From: Tortispora ganteri
Lineage: Eukaryota
DNA: 64,000 nt
Assembly: GCA_003707115.1 (NCBI GenBank)
Contig: PPNB01000023.1
Location: 62,001 to 126,000 of the forward strand
Direction of reading: 5' to 3'
The position numbers were made by a program, and so were the translations under genes. The notes under the pieces were generated by a model. That model was not told where the DNA came from. It saw only the letters and a program-made list of their open reading frames with translations, and did not search any database. Position 1 is the stretch's first letter, and each line of letters starts with the position of its first letter. Of this stretch, positions 31,788-41,841 are shown piece after piece.

Positions 31788-33119
31788 ATGTCTGAACAGA
31801 TTCGGCCGCTGTGCGAAAATGCTTCGATGGCTGACAACAACGATACTACGCTACGCGTAAGACCCACACCCGAACAAATCGCCGCCAGTGAACGGCGAAG
31901 ATACATATATAGTGGATTGGCATTATGCACTGCATTGTTTGCATTTGTATTACAGACCGAGACTGCCGGCTACATCAGTGCTACACTGGGATATAAAAAG
32001 CCCATTTTCATGATGTACATTACACATGGCTCGTGGATATGGCTAGAACCGCTTCAGTTTTTCGCTATCGGCCTTAGCAAACAAATTAGGAACAGATCTG
32101 ATTTTAGTTGGAAGTACGAGTGGAAATCACATCTGAATAATATCCGGGGTACTGCTGCTGTAGTGGCAGATTACAATAAAGTAGTTCCTGATCGTGATCC
32201 GTCCAAGAGATCTCGCAATGTCAAATATGGCCATTTGTCGAAGATTGCCTTATCTTACTCTTTGGGTAATTTATCAGTCTATATGATGAAAACCTCACTA
32301 AAACTGGTCTGTGCGCTCACTGTTGCCGGCGCATCGTGGTACATAGCAGTGAATCTCACGACTCCCAGCGATCTTACAGCGATATACAACACATCCGCCT
32401 TTTTTGCTTATGCATTTAGCGTGCCGATTTTGAAGGATAAATTTAGCTGGCTGAAATCAGGAAGTGTGGCTCTTGCTATCATTGGAGTTGTTATCGTGGC
32501 ATATAGTGGGCCAAACTCTGCGGACGCCGACTTCCCGAATCGAGGGATTGGAAATCTCATCATTGCTGTGGGTGCTGTTTTATACGGACTATACGAGGTT
32601 CTGTATAAACGATTAGCTTGCCCTCCTGGCGACGAAGTGTCACCGCGGCGACAAGCGCTATTTGCCAACCTTGTAGGCTCGTTAATAGGAATGTGGACGC
32701 TCTCCGTGGTATGGATGCTTCTACTTTTCCTGCATCTTACAGGGATTGAGAAGTTTGAATTGCCGTCAGGTTCTGCGGTAGGAATTATTATCGCGTCAGT
32801 TATTGGAAACGTGTTATTTTCCGCAGCGTTCCTAATCCTTATGGCGCTCACCTCGCCGGTCCTCTCTTCTGTGGCAGCCCTGCTTACGATATTCTTGGTA
32901 GCTCTGGTTGACTGGCTGCTGTTTGGCAAGCCACTGAGCTTACAAGCCATTATCGGCGGTGTAATTATCATTGTTGCATTTGTACTGCTGTCATATGCTA
33001 GCTGGACAGAGATATCCGGTACGGGCGAAGACATTTACGACGATCTTGACAACTTCGAGGACACCGCCACACTTAACACTGAGAACGAGGAGCTGGTCTC
33101 CTCTAGATCCAGCAATTAA
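31788..33119 (+). CDS. DMT/EamA (SLC35F-like) membrane transporter
   Basis: About 10 TM segments; YKKPIFMMYITH, DLTAIYNTSAFFAYAFSVPIL, LYGLYEVLYK and LTSPVLSSVAALLTI motifs. Confidence 0.82.
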   Translation: MSEQIRPLCENASMADNNDTTLRVRPTPEQIAASERRRYIYSGLALCTALFAFVLQTETAGYISATLGYKKPIFMMYITHGSWIWLEPLQFFAIGLSKQIRNRSDFSWKYEWKSHLNNIRGTAAVVADYNKVVPDRDPSKRSRNVKYGHLSKIALSYSLGNLSVYMMKTSLKLVCALTVAGASWYIAVNLTTPSDLTAIYNTSAFFAYAFSVPILKDKFSWLKSGSVALAIIGVVIVAYSGPNSADADFPNRGIGNLIIAVGAVLYGLYEVLYKRLACPPGDEVSPRRQALFANLVGSLIGMWTLSVVWMLLLFLHLTGIEKFELPSGSAVGIIIASVIGNVLFSAAFLILMALTSPVLSSVAALLTIFLVALVDWLLFGKPLSLQAIIGGVIIIVAFVLLSYASWTEISGTGEDIYDDLDNFEDTATLNTENEELVSSRSSN

Positions 33120-33283
33120 TGACTTTATGATCAATTGTTTTTTAATATTCCTGCTCTCGCATTGACTGCTCGTGGCAGCAGCGTAAACGCTATTACCACT
33201 GCTACATATAAATCCCCTCGCCTCCTCCATGCAGTATTACAACCCTTACCCATCCATCCATCCACACTTCCGACATACAAATC

Positions 33284-34516
33284 ATGGCTGAACAGCCTAT
33301 AGGTACGTACACAGAAGCGCCCACGGATGCATGGTAAATTGTTCTTAATATGAAAAACTAACATTTAGTTCTTGACCAAGGTACAGGATTTGTGAAAATT
33401 GGCCGCGGTGGGTCGAACTTCCCGGACCATGTGTTTCCGTCGATTGTAGGGCGACCCATTCTCCGAGCAGAAGAGCGCATTGGCAACACACCAATCAAGG
33501 ATATCATGGTCGGCGATGAGGCCAATGAGGTACGAACTATGCTAGATGTCTCATACCCGATGGAGAACGGCATTATCCGGAACTGGGAAGACATGGGTCA
33601 TCTATGGAACTACGCTTTCTACGAAAAGATGAAGATCGACCCAAGAGGACAAAAAATAGTGTTGACGGAGCCACCGATGAATCCGTTGTCTAATAGAGAG
33701 AAAATGTGTGAGGTGATGTTCGAACAGTACGGGTTCCATGGAGTCTATGTAGCCATCCAGGCAGTACTGGCGCTGTACGCGCAGGGTCTCAGCAGCGGCG
33801 TAGTTGTCGATTCAGGTGACGGTGTCACTCACATTGTCCCCGTCTACGAGAGTGTTGTTCTGAACCATCTGACTAAACGGCTTGATGTGGCTGGCCGCGA
33901 TGTCACCCGACATCTTATCAGCTTGCTCCTGCGCCGCGGCTACGCATTCAATAGAACTGCGGATTTCGAAACAATTCGGCAAGTGAAGGAGGCGCTGTGT
34001 TACATCTCTTACGACTTGAAACTGGACAAACATCTGGCTGAAGAAACTACTGTGCTAGTAGAGTCATACGAGCTGCCGGACGGCCGCGTCATCAAGGTCG
34101 GCCAAGAGCGGTTTGAGGCGCCGGAGTGCCTGTTCCAGCCGGATCTCGTTGACGTTGAGCAGCCAGGCATAGCTGAGATGCTTTTCAATACGATTCAATC
34201 CGCTGATGTTGATGTGCGATCGAGCCTGTTCAAGGCCATTGTGTTGTCGGGCGGCTCTTCAATGTACCCTGGCCTGCCATCGCGGTTGGAGAAGGAGTTG
34301 AAACAGTTGTGGCTTTCACGCGTTCTCCACGGTGATAAGGAAAGGCTTTCTAAATTCAAAGTGCGCATAGAGGATCCTCCGCGACGCCGACATATGGTGT
34401 TCCTGGGAGGCGCTGTTCTTGCCAATATTATGAAGGACAATGACAATCTCTGGGTGACATCTGACGAGTGGGCGGAACAAGGACCGAGGGTGCTGTCCAA
34501 GTTGGGACCCCGATGA
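33284..34516 (+). CDS. ARP2: Actin-related protein 2 (2 exons)
   Basis: Exon 1 33284-33302; intron 33303-33368 (GTACGT, AACTAAC, TAG). Spliced protein reads [46 protein letters not shown]. Confidence 0.97.
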
Positions 34517-34747
34517 GTATTTCTCATGATTTAGATATTCTCGTTGGAGAAGAAATCTGTGAAAATAAATTGAAATTTTTTATAAAGAAAGCTCTTATAT
34601 AATACACTAGTCTTGTAGTCTAGATGAGACGCCTATTACCGTTGCTAAGCCGTATAGCAAGGAGAATGGTCCTTGACACCATCACCACCCCTAGGCGACA
34701 ATTTGAACACCGGCGCGGCGGTGCAGTTAGAATCACATATCAACGAC

Positions 34748-35305
34748 ATGGAGCAGGAACTTTCTACACCTGCACGTGGCCGTTCGACGTTTGCGCGGGA
34801 CGCAATAAAACTAGAACCGACGCGGGCGGCTAGTCTAGACCGGATGCTTGGGTCGGGATGGTCTAGGAGCCTCTCGCCGATGATGAGTAGCAGTGGGCGG
34901 TTATTTGATGCGGTCCAGACACCGGATCGGTCAATATGGGCTTCAGCCAATGGTTCGACAGAATTTGACCAAATTGATAAACAGAGATATATGCAAGACT
35001 CCACGTTGCAAAAATCCCCATTACTGACCGCCGGTGGTACCGCCGGTGGTACTGTCAGTAGTCCCGCTAGTGGGCCGGGCTCTCCGAACCAACAGAACGG
35101 GCTGATTGCGCCTCAGCCAACACACGGCCGCATATTCTCAGATTACACCAGTGCGCCCAAATCAGGTGAATCGCTTTGGGGCGCTCTGCCTTCTGCGACT
35201 GAACCGGCTGAATATAGTCACCGCATGGTACGCAAAACAGCGATCGCAAGACTTATCCAAGGCCGCAATCGGCGGATATACAGCATGCCGGAGCAGCATA
35301 CCTGA
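34748..35305 (+). CDS. Hypothetical low-complexity protein; start uncertain
   Basis: Reading frame is open from 34658 and the first in-frame ATG is at 34748. Ser/Pro-rich, with no recognised domain. Confidence 0.55.
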   Translation: MEQELSTPARGRSTFARDAIKLEPTRAASLDRMLGSGWSRSLSPMMSSSGRLFDAVQTPDRSIWASANGSTEFDQIDKQRYMQDSTLQKSPLLTAGGTAGGTVSSPASGPGSPNQQNGLIAPQPTHGRIFSDYTSAPKSGESLWGALPSATEPAEYSHRMVRKTAIARLIQGRNRRIYSMPEQHT

Positions 35306-36436
35306 ATGCGACACCCTATCTGCGCATATAGTGTATAATTAAGACGTCAGATGTCTGTTTTCTCACCAAACTCTCATTTCGGTCTGCCGATTTGCTGCCA
35401 ACTCAGCCAAAAAGCAGAGTTGGCTATTCCCCTGCACGTCGAGTTAAGATTAACGCTAATTTAGAGTAAGGTTTTATTGTATTCCTTCTATTTCTACTAG
35501 TATTCCTTGTAGACATACCTGGATTCTGTAGTTCACAATGTTGTTTATAATATCTTTAGCATCATATATATCTAGCTGTTATTTTTTTTCACCGTTTTAA
35601 GACTCATCTTCAACCGTATGCTTTGTGATGTCGCAGCTCGCGTTTAGCGGCTTGACAGTTACAGTTAATTAAGGTTTTTCTCATTCGTTTCGCACGCCTT
35701 GTTTCAAAGAATAGTCACTGAACGCAACTCTGATCAGCGACATCTGTCTGTTTGCCGGATAGTATATCTCTGCTTTTGTAAGACTTATTTATCTTTTGCA
35801 AATATATAGTATTGCGTACTAGGTGGAAGATATGTGTAAAAAATGCAGTGATTATTGTATGAGGTCAGAAACAAAACCTTAAAATAAATAAGGTTAGTAC
35901 TGAGCCCCTGGACGATATTGTCGCGGGTCATAATATCGTCAAATGGCTCACATCTAAATTTTTTAAGAACCTACAGTAAAGCAAATAGTAACTGCTAAAT
36001 ATAGGTGTAGTATCTATTTATCACGGCTTATATAAACGAGCAGGTATGCTCTTATACCACTACTGTTGGCCGCATCCCTGGCGTCTATAACGATAACTTT
36101 ATTCGCATTGCAATAACCTTAATATACAACTTTCTCTTACACACTTATGTAGCATTGTTCCCTAACCTTTCTTTTTCGTTAAATCAGCATCTTCTTTTCT
36201 ATTCTCGTTTCTTTCCACTATTTTATCACCCGATTATCAGCTTTTTAATCTTTTTTATTGCTTTTTAGAAGTTTCTCGGACCCTTAATACACCTTAAAGG
36301 GCCGTATATTCTTTTCGCTCTTTTTCGCCCTGCATCGATCGGCACGAGCTCCAATACTCACTAGACATTCCCGGAAGACACTGAGCTCGCGCATTATTTA
36401 CTTGAAAGCACTAGAAAACTGCATATTCATACATAT

Positions 36437-39421
36437 ATGCCGACTCCGCCGCATAAACACTCTCCTGAAGGACGTAGATCACCTGCTCGATTGTTCTCAG
36501 TCGCGTCCGTCTTGCCACGATCAGTCAGACACTCACTGCCCTCCAATACCTCGTCTAGAGTTCCTTCACCCGCACCGAGTAGCTCCTCTGATGACGAGAA
36601 TGAAGAACGGTCTTCGCGTCTTGAGCGACCACGCTCATCTGCGCTGCGAACCTCCAGTTTGCCGCGCTTCCACTCTATCACACCTCTTAACATGTCTCCA
36701 CCCTCAGAGCCCGTCAATCACAATGAACTACACCCAAATCCCGTTTCCCCTCTCAACTCAGAACCTCAAACGCCGCGAAATGAGAGAAGAACTGGAAGAA
36801 ATGAAGAACGCGACCCGCAGCGCTCATCATCCGCCGTCAGATCTCATTCCTCAGATTCCATCCAAGGCCGATCCGCTCTCGCCGGCAGCCGTGGCACAAT
36901 AAATCGGTCGCGAGTACGGTTCCCAGAAAATAACGATCCTTCTTCAGTTAATGTTGTTTACGCACGAGACAGCAACCATAAGGGCTCTACGGAAAGCTCC
37001 AACGGCAGGAGGTCTAAACAGGTAGGTAGTCCCATGGGCGACATCCTTGAAGACCAAGATTATTTCACTATCCACCCAGCACCCGGACAAGTATCGTTCC
37101 CCGTACCACCGGAACGTGTTCGCGCAGCTCTCGAAAAGCTTGAAGATATGGATTCCGAGGAAAGACACCGCAGCAACACGTCTTCGCCAGGGTCGGACAA
37201 GACCAAGGCGAATTTCTTCATAGGCGACCTCGATGACAGCGCAGACGAAAAACCCAGAAAAGAATCAGAAACCTCAGATAACTTGAAACCTCCTCAGGTA
37301 TATATATCAGATATGGAACACGACCAGCCGGCCGACTCCGATCCACAATCTCAAAAGATATCAAGAGACTCTTCATACATCGGCCTTGACCCTGACGAAC
37401 TTGCTAGGAAGCTTGTAGATGCTCACATGAAATCTGACGAATACACTGAAGGCAAGAAAACGGTACCTAATATCCGCGAAGACTCAAGGGACCACAGTTT
37501 AGCTGATGATATGGATTTAATTGAATCCACTGACTACGTTCCACCTCCTAAACACGTACGTGGTGGCGTCCTCTCGAGTCTTCTTGAGCTTTACAAGAAC
37601 GATCAACGGGGAATGTCATCTACAACGCTGAACTATCTTTCTTCGCCTGGTGTATCTTCCCCAAATTCTGCTGCTCCGTCAGTCCCAGGGTCAGGTGCAT
37701 CCACTCCTCCTAATATGCGACCTCTCTCGGAAAGACGCCAGTTATCGTCTACTTCGATGTCATCTAAGTTCTTGAACCACATTCCCCTTCTTGGAAAGGA
37801 GAGTAGGAATTTGCTTAAGGATGAGCGTCGTGAGTCCGAAAGGTTTAAGAAAAAGAAGAAGTTCCGTCGCCGCATCACTGTCCACATCGCTGAACTGCTC
37901 AATCGACAGCAATTTATCATAAAGATGTGCAAAGCTCTTATGCAATTTGGAGCGCCTACGCATAGACTTGAGGAATATCTTGTCAAAACTGCCCGCGTAC
38001 TTGAAGTTGATGCGCAGTTTCTTTACATGCCTGGTTGCATGATTATCTCTTTTGGCGATATGTCTACTCACACTTCTGAGATGCGTCTCGTGCGATGCGC
38101 GGAAATGCTCAACCTTGGAAAACTGCTTGATGCTCACGATGTATATAAGCACGTTGTGCGTGATCAAATCAGCGTGGATGAAGCCTCCGAGAAACTAGAT
38201 GAATTACTGACGTCAAAGGACCTCTACAATCAGTATACTTGCGTTCTCGTATACGCAGTTGCTTCTGCCACGGTTAGCCCTCTCTTTGGGGCATATTGGC
38301 TGGATATGCCTATTGCATTTATTTTAGGATTGGTGGTAGGAACACTTCGTCATATAGTTGCACCACGACATTCATCATACCGTCATGTGTTTGAAGTAAG
38401 TTCTGCGATTATTTCAAGCTTCTTAGGGCGCGCATTTGGTACAATCAATTCTACCGACCAAAGAGTGCCGCTATTTTGTTTCTCCTCTATCACACAAGGC
38501 TCCCTTGCATTAATCCTGCCAGGATATATTATCCTTGCTGGTGCATTAGAATTGCAAACTAAGAATTTAGTGTCTGGTTCGGTGAGAATGTTCTATGCTA
38601 TTATATACACAATGTTCCTTACGTTTGGTATCACTATTGGCTCTATTGTCTTTGGGTGGATGGACTCGAATGCTACGAGTAATACCACTTGCGCTCGGTC
38701 TATTAATGTATGGTTCAAATTTCTGTTTGTACCGATGTTTGCAACTTGTTTGTCTATCATTAATCAGGCAAAGTTTCGGCAATTGCTCATTATTATACCA
38801 GTGACCATGGGCGGGTATGCGGTGAACTTTTTGTTTAACTATTACTTCTCTAATGCCTCTATGGTAGCGTCGGCTTTGTCAGCGTTTGCTATTGGCCTTT
38901 TAGGAAACCTTTACAACAGGGTCACACGTGGCCTTGCGATTGCAGTGATGCTTCCGGCGATCTTTGTAATTGTTCCGTCGGGGCTGGCCTCGCAAGGCTC
39001 GCTGGTCTACGGTGTACTTGTTGCTGACAGTTTGGGTGGCAACAGCAAGTCTACAGAAGATTTAGGCGCATCGCTGACTACTATTGTGACGGAAGTTGCT
39101 ACTGAGATAACCACTGTGACGGCCACTACGATCAATGATGTTGTTCCGACGGTGATTTCTAACGATGTCACCAGCAGTATAACCCGGTTATCCACTTCTT
39201 CTATTACCAGAACCATTCAAGGCACGCGCACACGAACGTTGATTTCTGCCATCCCAACTACTACGGATAACGTATCTGCCAGTAGTAGTGCGGTAAGTCT
39301 GTTTGGTTCTGCCAATGGTGGGATGGTGGAAATTGCTATTGCCATCACTGTTGGTCTGTTCGTTGCATCGCTAGTAGTGTATCCATTTGGACGTAAGCGT
39401 GGAGGTCTTTTTACATTCTAG
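36437..39421 (+). CDS. PRM10: Prm10-like membrane protein (ThrE/DUF1212 family)
   Basis: RITVHIA, CKALMQFGAPTHRLEEY, LILPGYIIL.GALELQ..GSVRMFYA, LPAIF..VPSGLA motifs and C-terminal YPFGRKRGGLFTF. Confidence 0.88.
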   Translation: MPTPPHKHSPEGRRSPARLFSVASVLPRSVRHSLPSNTSSRVPSPAPSSSSDDENEERSSRLERPRSSALRTSSLPRFHSITPLNMSPPSEPVNHNELHPNPVSPLNSEPQTPRNERRTGRNEERDPQRSSSAVRSHSSDSIQGRSALAGSRGTINRSRVRFPENNDPSSVNVVYARDSNHKGSTESSNGRRSKQVGSPMGDILEDQDYFTIHPAPGQVSFPVPPERVRAALEKLEDMDSEERHRSNTSSPGSDKTKANFFIGDLDDSADEKPRKESETSDNLKPPQVYISDMEHDQPADSDPQSQKISRDSSYIGLDPDELARKLVDAHMKSDEYTEGKKTVPNIREDSRDHSLADDMDLIESTDYVPPPKHVRGGVLSSLLELYKNDQRGMSSTTLNYLSSPGVSSPNSAAPSVPGSGASTPPNMRPLSERRQLSSTSMSSKFLNHIPLLGKESRNLLKDERRESERFKKKKKFRRRITVHIAELLNRQQFIIKMCKALMQFGAPTHRLEEYLVKTARVLEVDAQFLYMPGCMIISFGDMSTHTSEMRLVRCAEMLNLGKLLDAHDVYKHVVRDQISVDEASEKLDELLTSKDLYNQYTCVLVYAVASATVSPLFGAYWLDMPIAFILGLVVGTLRHIVAPRHSSYRHVFEVSSAIISSFLGRAFGTINSTDQRVPLFCFSSITQGSLALILPGYIILAGALELQTKNLVSGSVRMFYAIIYTMFLTFGITIGSIVFGWMDSNATSNTTCARSINVWFKFLFVPMFATCLSIINQAKFRQLLIIIPVTMGGYAVNFLFNYYFSNASMVASALSAFAIGLLGNLYNRVTRGLAIAVMLPAIFVIVPSGLASQGSLVYGVLVADSLGGNSKSTEDLGASLTTIVTEVATEITTVTATTINDVVPTVISNDVTSSITRLSTSSITRTIQGTRTRTLISAIPTTTDNVSASSSAVSLFGSANGGMVEIAIAITVGLFVASLVVYPFGRKRGGLFTF

Positions 39422-39524
39422 ATTGCATTAAAATCATAGTTATATATTACACAAGCATCATACTGTACACTGTGTAGTTAAGATTTGGCAAACGACAACC
39501 ACTGGTGCTACGAGTTTCGAGAAG

Positions 39525-40040
39525 ATGGGTCATCATGCCGATAACAGCAATTTTGCATCGAATATTGATCGTAAGGAGCTCTACGAGCAGATAAACATGT
39601 CTATGGAGGCATTAATGACTGATCACTGGGTCAGTAACCTATCTAATGCGGCGGCGCTGTTGTGGCATGGGTTTCAGAGCCAGAACGAGCCGTTGAACCG
39701 GGTGAACTGGGCAGGATTTTATTACAAGGAAGACGGCAAATTGCTATTGGGGCCTTTTCAGGGTAAAGTAGCGTGCCAGGAAATAGAGATTGGCAAGGGA
39801 GTTTGCGGCAAGGCGGCAGCCGAGGTGCAGACGGTGCGGATCGAGGATGTGGACGAGTTCCCTGGGCACATTGCTTGCGATGCGGATTCGAAATCAGAGA
39901 TAGTTGTTCCTATAGCACGTAACGGAGTTTTATTAGGTGTGCTAGATATTGATTGCACTATGTTGCGAGGATTTGATGCGCTAGATCAGCAGTACCTCGA
40001 AGAGTTATGTGCGATCCTTTCGTCGAGAGGCTGGCGATGA
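39525..40040 (+). CDS. GAF-domain free methionine-R-sulfoxide reductase (YKL069W-like)
   Basis: HHAD, NWAGFY, LGPFQGKVAC, GVCG, FPGHIACD..SEIVVP and VLDIDC motifs. Confidence 0.93.
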   Translation: MGHHADNSNFASNIDRKELYEQINMSMEALMTDHWVSNLSNAAALLWHGFQSQNEPLNRVNWAGFYYKEDGKLLLGPFQGKVACQEIEIGKGVCGKAAAEVQTVRIEDVDEFPGHIACDADSKSEIVVPIARNGVLLGVLDIDCTMLRGFDALDQQYLEELCAILSSRGWR

Positions 40041-40350
40041 TCTACATACTACGGAAGCTATAGGAATGAATATAATATTATAATAACAGTAACCGCCTAA
40101 ACCCAAATATTGTGACAGGAATGTGAAGAGTGAATGATGTGAGGAATGGAGCGGAGATGCAGGATAAATAGCACGTGTGTCGGCCAGCCTAGTAGGTGGA
40201 TGATGACATATAGGCGCGCCGGTGGCATCTGAAGATAAACGGTAGACGGCTCAGCGCAGTGTAAAAATCTATAAGAGAGATGAGCATCGTTTTAGCTAGC
40301 GATAATCGAGGAAGAGAAAATAATCCACAGATGCTGCGAGAAATAAAATG

Positions 40351-40620
40351 TTAATGCGCAGTCATCATCTCAGATAGGTCGTCCGCTAAGCGATCTATCT
40401 GAGCCCGCCTGGCAGCTTCGGCCAGTAGGTCAAACGACGGTTGAGCCAGCACGGACGGCGACTGTCCACGAACAGGTGTGGGCGCTAGCAGCCTTGACCG
40501 ACCTCTATGCTGGTCTGCAGGTGGGAATGCTGAAACCATTGAAGTAGAGCTAGAGCATGTGGAGGGTGCGAGTGACGAAGCCTCGGAAGGCAAAAAGTCT
40601 TGATCTCGAAAAATTGACAT
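40351..40620 (-). CDS. Small hypothetical protein with a C-terminal FDLLAEAARRAQ helix
   Basis: 89 aa, CAAATG start context, TATATA run about 140 bp upstream. The C-terminal motif resembles one I recall in small ascomycete proteins of unknown function. Confidence 0.65.
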   Translation of the reverse strand: MSIFRDQDFLPSEASSLAPSTCSSSTSMVSAFPPADQHRGRSRLLAPTPVRGQSPSVLAQPSFDLLAEAARRAQIDRLADDLSEMMTAH

Positions 40621-41841
40621 TTGCTGGGGAAAAATAACTAAGCAAAATATCCTCTTTATTAGCTAATCTTCTAGTTTTTAAATTTATTCGGTTTGTGATC
40701 AATAGCCAAAATATTGCACTAAAACAAACGAAAGAGGTCAGTAGCGGGGAAAGATTTGCATATATATATATAAAAAATAACCGTATATGGTGATCGGAGG
40801 AAACTGCGGAGCAAGATTATGAGTAGCGAGTATTTAGAGTTATATCACATGTTAGGTTAATATCCGGCGGTGCGTAATACGTGGGGGGAGGGAGACCCTT
40901 AGTATGGAATAAAGTTCACCTCGGTATAATCAATGCTTGAAGTGTATGCCATGATAAATCAAAAGATAATGGGTATTCGAGATAGGTAAAACATAATAGC
41001 TCTTAGTAGTATACTACCTGAACCAGCCTTTATCAAATCTCGGAACGATAAAATGCATGCACATACCTAATTACGTTGAGGATATGTCTCAACTTGCGTG
41101 CGCGCGGGGGTTTTCCAATACGAAGTGAATTCCCTAACTTATGCGGAGTCGACGGACCCACAGGTATCAATACGACAAATGAACGATAATTATATGAATC
41201 GCTAAACTATGGACACTTTTGACTTCTTAAAAAGGCTTGCGCATTAAGTACAAATGCGCAGGAATGTTGATCGACTATAAATTTTAGTATGCGATCAAGC
41301 GTGTGGGGTATACACTATAGCTAGGACGCTAACATAGAAATAATCACCCGTCATGTACAAACAACCGGACAGAAGGAATACTAACTACGTACAATATATT
41401 CGGAGACATGGAAATTATACTGTCAATACATTTAATTGCTTTTCTACATTGCATTTCTCTTTTGGGATGCGGATATATACAATGTGGGGTAGCTTCGGCT
41501 CTTCTATTGCGAAATAAACTACTACGTTTAGCACCGGCTGAATAACGGAACGATACGGGATCTTCACTCGGTTCTGAATAGACTTCTTTTTACCTTTGTT
41601 TCCCGGATAAAATATCGTTAGACCTATCAGAGAGCAGGGAACTCACTCCAGCGGTTAAACCTCCGACACTTTCCGATTACGGGAGGCGCTCGAAATGGGC
41701 ATACGGCCACTAAACTTTCTTTAGTGGGATAAAGCAAAGCTATGATCGTATAAGCTGCAAGTGCTAGTCTTGACATTGAACTCCGCACAGCTGAAACTTC
41801 GAACCCCAAAATGTGATACCATATATCTTTACAATGTGCTG

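Noticed and set aside
40200..40232. Box C/D snoRNA (ATGATGA..CTGA)
   Set aside because: The boxes are only about 20 nt apart, too short, and there is no terminal stem.
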